Source: a virus
Strand: one strand, 5' to 3'
Length of the DNA stretch: 64,000 nt
Virus record (IMG/VR): IMGVR_UViG_3300032331_003707
Span: 36,346-100,345 of that record
In this document: piece after piece, positions 57,222 through 64,000 of the stretch
Layout: every line of letters begins with the position of its first letter
Numbering within the stretch: the stretch's first letter is position 1
Notes under the pieces: generated by a model
Database searches by the model: none
What the model was told of the DNA's origin: nothing
Seen by the model: the letters and a program-made list of their open reading frames with translations, nothing else
Made by a program: the position numbers and the translations under genes

Positions 57222-57958
57222 ATAAAGAATTTTTAAAAATGCAAAAATTGGCTGGTTTAATTACTGAAAGTCAATACAAATCAAAAATAAACGAAGCTGA
57301 AGAAGACCCATCAATAAGCGATATTGTAAAAAAAATTACCCAATATCTTAAATCAAATGATTATAACTCATTAGTATTTCTTGATGGAAAGAAAATAGAA
57401 GGAAACCCAGGTGACCCATTCGAAATAATGGGAAAATCTAATGATGGAAATATTTCAGTAGTTGGCCGTGGAAATAAACCAGAATTAATTAAAAACGAAA
57501 TGGAGCATTTACAAAAATGGATTTTAAATAATTTTGATTCTTTAAAACTACAAAGCCCTTTTACACCTGGCCATATGGGGGGAGATCAGCATAATGGTAA
57601 ATTTTGGGTTAAAATAGACTCAGACAAAAAATCAGTAAACGAAGCTGAGGAAAAAACTATTCAAACATATGGTCCAAACTTAGTAGATATGTTAAAAAAA
57701 AATGGTTTTGACACTAAATTTACTACTAATAACTCTGAATATAAAAAAGCCCAAGAATTTGCTAAAACATCAGATAAAAAATTAGCTGTTGTCTACTATA
57801 ACCCTAACATTAAATTTATTTCTGTTACAACAAATCAAAACAATCGAGATGAAGCTTTTAAAATAATTACAAGCCCAGCTGTTGAAAGATTACTCCCAGA
57901 TGGTTATAAGGCTCAAGAGCAAGGAGGTTATTTTATTGAAATTCAAAATCTTAGCTAA
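57218..57958 (+). CDS. Two-module hypothetical protein (putative internal head protein)
   Basis: MQKLAGLITE leader; INEAEE and VNEAEE linkers. Confidence 0.6.
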   Translation: MNKEFLKMQKLAGLITESQYKSKINEAEEDPSISDIVKKITQYLKSNDYNSLVFLDGKKIEGNPGDPFEIMGKSNDGNISVVGRGNKPELIKNEMEHLQKWILNNFDSLKLQSPFTPGHMGGDQHNGKFWVKIDSDKKSVNEAEEKTIQTYGPNLVDMLKKNGFDTKFTTNNSEYKKAQEFAKTSDKKLAVVYYNPNIKFISVTTNQNNRDEAFKIITSPAVERLLPDGYKAQEQGGYFIEIQNLS

Positions 57959-58031
57959 TTTAATTAAAAGAAATAACTTATAGACAGATTCATAGCCTGT
58001 CGCTCTAACAAGAGACAAAATTATGGTAGCT

Positions 58032-58060
58032 GTGGCACCCCTAAAAAGGTGCCACTTTTT
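58032..58060 (+). terminator. Intrinsic terminator
   Basis: GTGGCACC-loop-GGTGCCAC-TTTTT. Confidence 0.8.
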
Positions 58061-58061
58061 A

Positions 58062-58093
58062 TTTGGATTTTAGCAAAAAATATATTATCTTTA
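58062..58093 (+). promoter_or_regulatory. Host-like TTTGG-N19-TATCTTTA promoter
   Basis: Six nt upstream of ATG 58100. Confidence 0.7.
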
Positions 58094-58099
58094 TAGCAT

Positions 58100-59404
58100 A
58101 TGAATAAGAAAATAGTAATTATAGGTGCGGGAGTAGCGGGTATAAACGCAGCTACTAAATTAGTCGACAACGGCTACCCAGGCGAATTAATCACCATTAT
58201 AGACAAAGGAAATGACCCACATAATCGTTTACCTGAAGAGGTAATGACAGGTATGTTAGGCGCAGGAGGATGGAGTGATGGTAAATTAACATATCACACA
58301 GCAATCGGAGGTGTACTATCAAAATATTGTGGTGAAGAGAAAGCAATGGAGTTAATGGATCAAGTCATTAGTAACTTTAGACGTTTTCATCCTAAACCAG
58401 AAGAAATATTTTGTTCTGACCCACAAGCAGAACCTGATTTTATTAAACCATATTTTGGATTACGCCTATTTCCAGTATGGCATATTGGTTCAAATTATCT
58501 ACATGAGATTGCTAAAACATGGTATTCATACTTAGTTGATAAAGGTGTTAATTTTATATGGAATACTGAGGTAGACGATATTGATTTTAAAAATAATAAA
58601 ATCTATACACACAATGCTACATTAAAATATGATAAACTTATATTCGCTGTAGGCAAATCAGGTATTGATTTCGCACAACAAATGTCCGATACTTATAAAC
58701 TACCTACAGAACCCAAATCAGTGCAAATTGGGGTACGTTTTGAAGCACCACAAAAATACTTTCAAAAACTAATTGATATTAGCTACGATTTTAAACTATA
58801 TCAAAAGTTTGATAATGTATCATTACGTTCATTCTGCACAAACAATAACGCAGCTTATGTTGCTGTGGAAGAGACTTATGGGGATGTAAGTTACAACGGT
58901 CATGCTAAGAAAGGTGAGGAATTTAGAAATGATATGACTAACTTTGGTATCTTAATGGAAATTAAGGGTATTGAAGATCCATTTGCATGGTCAAGAGATG
59001 TCGTAAAACAATGCCAAGCCCAAGAATTAATTCCTAATAAAGGAGAAAAAAATATAGGTTTATATTATTCTCCTTCTAGAACTGTGAGCAAAACAAGTGA
59101 AAATGAATACGTAACTGCTTTTCAATTATCTTCATTAGAACCATTTAAAGAGTCATTTGGTGAATATTCACAATATATTTTAGATTTTATTGACCAAATG
59201 AATAATGTATTTGAATTTGGTGATGATTGGGGAATGTATATCCCTGAAGTAAAATATTTGAGTCCTGAGCCACTAGTTGATTATACTAACTTAGCCTTAA
59301 CTGAATATCCTAACGTACATTTTGTAGGAGATGCATTAAGTGCTAGAGGTATAACAGTTAGTGGTGCACAAGGAATTTATGTAGCTGAAAACCTAATAAA
59401 ATAA
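58100..59404 (+). CDS. FAD-dependent oxidoreductase (uncharacterized dehydrogenase family)
   Basis: IIGAGVAG Rossmann motif, GAG.WSDGKL, GVRFE, RSFC, FVGDA..RGI..SG. Confidence 0.85.
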   Translation: MNKKIVIIGAGVAGINAATKLVDNGYPGELITIIDKGNDPHNRLPEEVMTGMLGAGGWSDGKLTYHTAIGGVLSKYCGEEKAMELMDQVISNFRRFHPKPEEIFCSDPQAEPDFIKPYFGLRLFPVWHIGSNYLHEIAKTWYSYLVDKGVNFIWNTEVDDIDFKNNKIYTHNATLKYDKLIFAVGKSGIDFAQQMSDTYKLPTEPKSVQIGVRFEAPQKYFQKLIDISYDFKLYQKFDNVSLRSFCTNNNAAYVAVEETYGDVSYNGHAKKGEEFRNDMTNFGILMEIKGIEDPFAWSRDVVKQCQAQELIPNKGEKNIGLYYSPSRTVSKTSENEYVTAFQLSSLEPFKESFGEYSQYILDFIDQMNNVFEFGDDWGMYIPEVKYLSPEPLVDYTNLALTEYPNVHFVGDALSARGITVSGAQGIYVAENLIK

Positions 59405-59408
59405 ATAT

Positions 59409-59645
59409 ATGAGTATAGACCCAACATTTCAAACCAAGAAATACACATCACCTGATGGTACAGTACGCCATATGAAAGATGGTAAACTACATAACTGGGA
59501 AGGACCAGCATTAATTACACCTGAAGGTAAAGAAGAGTATTTTATTAATGGTTTCCAACACACTAAAGATAGTTGGAAAAAAGCTAGAAAAGATGGTGTA
59601 GGGTTACCATGGTATAAATCAAGTGTGGCTAAAGCTAGATTTTAA
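59409..59645 (+). CDS. Small protein with LH...GPA beta-repeat motif
   Basis: GKLHNWEGPALITPEGKEEYFING. Confidence 0.6.
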   Translation: MSIDPTFQTKKYTSPDGTVRHMKDGKLHNWEGPALITPEGKEEYFINGFQHTKDSWKKARKDGVGLPWYKSSVAKARF

Positions 59646-59658
59646 TTATCTTTATAAT

Positions 59659-60189
59659 ATGAAAATAGGATTATGTGGAACAATGAGTGTTGGAAAAAGT
59701 ACACTCGTACATGCTTTAAAGGAATTACCTGAATTTAAAGATTATTATTTTGCTACTGAACGTAGTAAATACTTACGTGATTTAGGCATTCCATTAAATA
59801 CTGATAGTACATTAAAAGGACAAACAATATTCTTAGCTGAACGTTGTTCTGAGTTAATGCGTGAAAATGTTATTACTGATAGAACAATTTTAGATGTAAT
59901 GGCTTTTACTCAATGTGCTCAATCTATTGATGAAAAAGAAAAACAATCTTTTGTCAATTATGCTACTCAATTTCTTAAAGAATATGATTACATATTTTAT
60001 ATTTCTCCAATTGGTGTTGAAATTGAAGATAATGGGGTTAGAGAAACAAATTCTGAATATAGAGATATAATTGATATTAGTATTAAATCTTTAATTAAAT
60101 CTAATATAGATAATTTTAAAAACTTTGGTATTGTTACTGGTACTGTAGAGGAAAGAATTAAACAAGTGAAATTTTATTTAGGGTTTTAA
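59659..60189 (+). CDS. AAA_28/NadR-like nucleotide kinase
   Basis: G.MSVGKST, ITDRT.LD, YDYIFY, IEDNGVR. Confidence 0.75.
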   Translation: MKIGLCGTMSVGKSTLVHALKELPEFKDYYFATERSKYLRDLGIPLNTDSTLKGQTIFLAERCSELMRENVITDRTILDVMAFTQCAQSIDEKEKQSFVNYATQFLKEYDYIFYISPIGVEIEDNGVRETNSEYRDIIDISIKSLIKSNIDNFKNFGIVTGTVEERIKQVKFYLGF

Positions 60190-60215
60190 TATTTATAATC
60201 AAAACTCTATATAAA

Positions 60216-60830
60216 ATGAAACAAATCAACATTTTAAGAAAACTTATCAAAGAAACGATAAACGAATTTGCTGGAGAAACAGCAGGAGCACCAGTATCTG
60301 GTTTTTATTTAACCCCTGATTACAAAGAAAAACTTGTAGCTGCTCAGCAAGATCCTCAATTAGCCCCTTTAATTTATACTAAAGGTGGACAAGGTAGATT
60401 ATCTACTACTGTAGAAAATATTATAGGTGCCTTAGAAGCATTAAGTGCTATCGGAGGAGATATTTCAACAGATGAAGAAGGAAATATAGATAGTGGAATT
60501 GCTTCACTTCAACAAATTGCTACCAAAGCATTTGGTGCAGGAACAGAACAACAAGCTGTTTTCCAACCTGTTAAAAGACTTGTAAATGCTGGTGTAGTTG
60601 AACAATCTACTCAAAAGTATGCTCGCAGCCCGTTTTCTGGTAAACTTAAATCTTTTACTAAATCTGAAAAACCTGCTCCTACAGGTATAAGAGGTCGTAA
60701 GAAAGAAGTTGATGCCGATATAAAAATGATGGGAGCTGGAATAATTAATAAATTCTCTAGAGGAAATACTAATTATACCCCTGAAGAAGTAGCATATATT
60801 AAAGACTTATTTAAATCTTTAAAAAAATAA
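60216..60830 (+). CDS. Hypothetical protein (putative internal head protein)
   Basis: LRKLIKETINE leader; ATATTTAT upstream. Confidence 0.55.
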   Translation: MKQINILRKLIKETINEFAGETAGAPVSGFYLTPDYKEKLVAAQQDPQLAPLIYTKGGQGRLSTTVENIIGALEALSAIGGDISTDEEGNIDSGIASLQQIATKAFGAGTEQQAVFQPVKRLVNAGVVEQSTQKYARSPFSGKLKSFTKSEKPAPTGIRGRKKEVDADIKMMGAGIINKFSRGNTNYTPEEVAYIKDLFKSLKK

Positions 60831-60893
60831 TTTTATTATTTCCTAGCCTGAATTTGGGGGGATTAATCTAATTAGTTATATTACACATACTGT

Positions 60894-62474
60894 ATGAACC
60901 AACCTAATCAACCTAATTTAAAGGAAATAATTAGACAAGAATACGTAAAGTGTGTTCAGGATCCTGCTCACTTTATGAGAAAATACTGTTATATCCAACA
61001 CCCACAGCGTGGTAGGGTTCTTTTTAATCTTTACCCATTTCAAGGTAAAGTTTTAAATTTATGGAAAAGTAACCCATATTCTGTAGTACTTAAATCTCGT
61101 CAATTAGGTATATCAACATTAGCAGCTGGTTATTCTTTATGGTTAATGTTATTCCATAAAGATAAAAACGTGTTGTGTATAGCAACTAAACAGGAAACTG
61201 CTCGTAACATGGTAACCAAGGTTAAGTTTATGTTTGATAACTTACCATCTTGGTTAAAAGTACCTGCTGAAGAAAACAATAAACTATCATTAAGATTAAA
61301 TAATGGTTCCCAAATTAAAGCCACATCCGCAAGTAGTGATGCAGGTCGATCAGAAGCAGTATCTTTATTGTTAATTGATGAGGCAGCATTCATTGAAGGA
61401 ATTGGTGAAATATGGGCATCTGCTCAACAAACCTTAGCAACGGGTGGTGGTGCGATTGTATTATCTACTCCTTATGGTACTGGTAATTGGTTCCACCAAA
61501 CATGGGTTAGAGCAGAAGCACAAGAAAATGATTTTCTACCTATTAGATTACCATGGTTTGTTCATCCTGAGCGAGATGAAGCTTGGAGAAAACGGCAAGA
61601 TGAATTATTAGGTGATCCTAGATTAGCATCCCAAGAATGTGACTGTGACTTTAATACCTCAGGAGACGTAGTATTTTATCCTGAATGGGTTGAGTTTATA
61701 TTACAAACCACTATTAAAGATCCTTTAGAAAGACGAGGAGCAGACCAAAATTTATGGGTCTGGGAACCAGCAGATTACAGTAGAGATTACATGGTTGTAG
61801 CAGATGTAGCCAGAGGAGACAGCAAAGACTTCTCAGCATTCCACGTAATGGACATAGCTACTAATACTCAAGTTGCAGAATATAGAGGACAAATGCCTCC
61901 TAAAGATTTTGGATATTTACTTTGTGCCATTGCTACTGAGTACAACCAGGCTCTTTTAATAGTAGAAAATGCTAATATAGGTTGGTCAACTATAGATTCT
62001 ATAATAGAAAGAAGCTATAAAAACATATATTACTCACCTAAAGGAGACGTTACTATAGATTCATTTTTTGACCAATACAGTGATACATCAAAAATGACAC
62101 CTGGGTTTACTATGAGCTTACGTACTCGTCCTTTGGTTGTTAATAAATTTAGAGAATACGTTGGTGATAGAAGTGTTACTATTCAGTCTAAACGATTGCT
62201 TGAAGAAATGAAAGTATTTGTTTGGAAAAACGGGCGAGCAGAAGCTCAATCTGGATACAATGATGACTTAGTAATGAGTTTTGGAATTGGAATGTACCTT
62301 AGAGATACTTCTTTAAAATTCAAACAACAAAATTTAGACGCAACTAGAGCAGCATTAAATAATTTCAAATCAAATAACCCACTTTCGGGTGTCTATTCTC
62401 CATCAATAAATGGTGGTAATCCATATAATATGGATGTAAATGGAGGTCAAGAGAGTATTAGATGGTTATTATAA
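60894..62474 (+). CDS. terL: Terminase large subunit (T4 gp17-like)
   Basis: LYPFQ, KSRQLG.ST, LLIDEAAF, STP.G, ADVARG...D.S, E.AN.G, NDDLVM. Confidence 0.93.
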   Translation: MNQPNQPNLKEIIRQEYVKCVQDPAHFMRKYCYIQHPQRGRVLFNLYPFQGKVLNLWKSNPYSVVLKSRQLGISTLAAGYSLWLMLFHKDKNVLCIATKQETARNMVTKVKFMFDNLPSWLKVPAEENNKLSLRLNNGSQIKATSASSDAGRSEAVSLLLIDEAAFIEGIGEIWASAQQTLATGGGAIVLSTPYGTGNWFHQTWVRAEAQENDFLPIRLPWFVHPERDEAWRKRQDELLGDPRLASQECDCDFNTSGDVVFYPEWVEFILQTTIKDPLERRGADQNLWVWEPADYSRDYMVVADVARGDSKDFSAFHVMDIATNTQVAEYRGQMPPKDFGYLLCAIATEYNQALLIVENANIGWSTIDSIIERSYKNIYYSPKGDVTIDSFFDQYSDTSKMTPGFTMSLRTRPLVVNKFREYVGDRSVTIQSKRLLEEMKVFVWKNGRAEAQSGYNDDLVMSFGIGMYLRDTSLKFKQQNLDATRAALNNFKSNNPLSGVYSPSINGGNPYNMDVNGGQESIRWLL

Positions 62475-62490
62475 TATTTATAAATAAAAA

Positions 62491-64000
62491 ATGGCAGATA
62501 TAAGTGTATTTTCTAGACTCAAACGACTTTTTTCTACAGATGTAATAATTAGAAACATTGGTGGAGACCAATTACGAGTTTTAGATACCAATAAAATTCA
62601 AACTACTGGGGAAATTGAAACCAATTCATTATATGATAGGTTTACTCGTTTGTATACTACAAACTCTTCCCCTTACTATAATCTAAATGCTAATTACCCT
62701 ACATTACGTCTTAACCTATACCAGGATTACGAAGTAATGGATACAGATGCTATTGTAGCATCAGCATTAGACGTTGTAGCAGATGAAAGTACTTTAAAAA
62801 ATGATATGGGAGAAGTACTTCAAATTAGAAGTAGTGATGAAGACGTACAAAGAATATTATATAATTTATTCTATGACGTATTAAACATAGAATTTAACCT
62901 ATGGTCTTGGACTCGCCAAATGTGTAAATACGGTGATTTCTTCCTAAAACTAGAAATTGCAGAAAAATTTGGAGTATTTAACGTTATTCCTTTCTCAGCA
63001 TACAATATAGCTCGAGAAGAAGGATATGATAAAGTTAACCCAAGCTCTATTCGCTTTAGATATGATCCTACAGGTAACTTGGGGGCTAGTGGTTATTATA
63101 CTCAAACTACACTAAACCGCTCTGATAACCCAGCAGCATACTATTTTGATAATTATGAAATGGCTCATTTTAGATTAATAGCCGATTCTAATTATTTACC
63201 ATATGGAAGATCATTTTTAGAACCTGCTCGTAAATCATATAAGCAAATGGTTCTTATGGAAGATGCTATGCTTATCCACCGTATAGTAAGAGCCCCAGAA
63301 AGACGAGTATTCTATATTAATGTAGGTTCAATCCCTCCAAATGAGATTGAACAATTTATGGAAAGAACTATTTCTAAAATGAAAAGAATTCCATATATGG
63401 ATCCTCAAACTGGTGAATATAATCTTAAATATAATGTTCAAAACATGTTAGAAGATTATTTTATTCCTGTAAGAGGAGGATATGCTACAACCAAAATTGA
63501 TACTACTAAAGGATTAGATTATGATGGAATAACAGACGTAAATTATCTAAGAGATAAAATGATGGCCGCTTTAAAAGTACCTAAAGCATTTATGGGCTAT
63601 GATGCTCAATTGCAAGGTAAAGCTACATTAGCAGCTGAAGATATCCGTTTTGCTCGCACTGTTGATCGTATCCAGAAAATTATCCTCTCAGAATTATATA
63701 AAATAGCATTAGTTCATTTGTATACTCAAGGATATACTGGTGAAAATTTATCTAATTTTGAATTAAGTTTAACTAATCCTTCTATTATTTTTGAACAGGA
63801 AAAAGTTGCTCTTCTTACACAAAAGGTAGAATTAGCTAAAAATATCCTAGATGCTAAATTATTACCACAAGATTGGATTTATGACCATATCTTTAACTTT
63901 AGTGAAGACACATTCGATGAATATAGAGATTTAATAATCCAAGACCAAAAATATAAATTTAGATTAAGTCAAATAGAAACCGAAGGCAACGACCCATTAG
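62491..64000 (+). CDS. Portal protein (T4 gp20-like), truncated at window end
   Basis: Read manually: SFLEPARK, LMEDAMLIHRIVRAPERRVFYINVG, EDYFIPVRGG, ALKVPK. Confidence 0.9.
   Translation, partial: MADISVFSRLKRLFSTDVIIRNIGGDQLRVLDTNKIQTTGEIETNSLYDRFTRLYTTNSSPYYNLNANYPTLRLNLYQDYEVMDTDAIVASALDVVADESTLKNDMGEVLQIRSSDEDVQRILYNLFYDVLNIEFNLWSWTRQMCKYGDFFLKLEIAEKFGVFNVIPFSAYNIAREEGYDKVNPSSIRFRYDPTGNLGASGYYTQTTLNRSDNPAAYYFDNYEMAHFRLIADSNYLPYGRSFLEPARKSYKQMVLMEDAMLIHRIVRAPERRVFYINVGSIPPNEIEQFMERTISKMKRIPYMDPQTGEYNLKYNVQNMLEDYFIPVRGGYATTKIDTTKGLDYDGITDVNYLRDKMMAALKVPKAFMGYDAQLQGKATLAAEDIRFARTVDRIQKIILSELYKIALVHLYTQGYTGENLSNFELSLTNPSIIFEQEKVALLTQKVELAKNILDAKLLPQDWIYDHIFNFSEDTFDEYRDLIIQDQKYKFRLSQIETEGNDPL

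Larger units (their letters stand above)
20220..62481 (+). promoter_or_regulatory. Putative late promoter motif ATATTTAT (11 intergenic/gene-start copies)
   Basis: At 20220, 24605, 27141, 29844, 39515, 44451, 50420, 52088, 55259, 60189 and 62474, each shortly before an ATG. Confidence 0.65.

Noticed and set aside
346-61393. Numerous antisense or alternate-frame ORFs (e.g. 5966-6298, 13063-13530, 21638-22021, 27083-27388, 50488-50898)
   Set aside because: Shadow ORFs of well-supported genes, with no motifs or expression signals.
1-64000. Stop-codon reassignment
   Set aside because: Conserved genes are full length under code 11, TAG and TGA both serve as stops, and no suppressor tRNA is seen.

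Overview
64-kb fragment of a large, AT-rich, T4-like (myovirus-type) dsDNA phage. The probable host is Bacteroidota: promoters carry TAnnTTT(A/G)-type -7 boxes and leaders are A-rich without Shine-Dalgarno sites. The standard genetic code fits all ORFs. Layout: (i) 1-8.6 kb, repair and nucleotide genes (pyrimidine-dimer glycosylase, P-loop kinase + DRB0094-type RNA ligase + two metallophosphoesterases, ThyA) plus small ORFs. (ii) 8.6-19.4 kb, an early/host-takeover-like array of small genes, a tRNA-Leu and putative structured RNAs. Almost every unit has its own copy of a bipartite CCGAG-N19-TAnnTTTA element (27 copies found by eye in 0.3-19 kb, all with a 19-nt spacer). (iii) About 400 bp of GC-rich, repeat-containing non-coding DNA at 19.4-19.8 kb. 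(iv) 19.8-24.5 kb, mostly minus-strand genes (lysis-like membrane proteins, ClpP). (v) HD hydrolase, gp55-like sigma factor, baseplate/tail module, GIY-YIG nuclease, primase and exonuclease. (vi) 44.5-58 kb, proteins with shared N-terminal leaders ending in hydrophobic-x-Glu, suggestive of head-packaged, prohead-protease-processed proteins. These include a nucleotidyltransferase-rich 1154-aa polyprotein. (vii) FAD oxidoreductase/kinase, terminase large subunit and a truncated portal. The most novel-looking signals are the putative virion-injected nucleotidyltransferase polyprotein cluster, the promoter-cassette array with antisense anti-leader elements, a single gene bracketed by a perfect 16-bp inverted repeat, and several unexplained structured RNAs. 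All calls come from motif reading only; no database searches were run.
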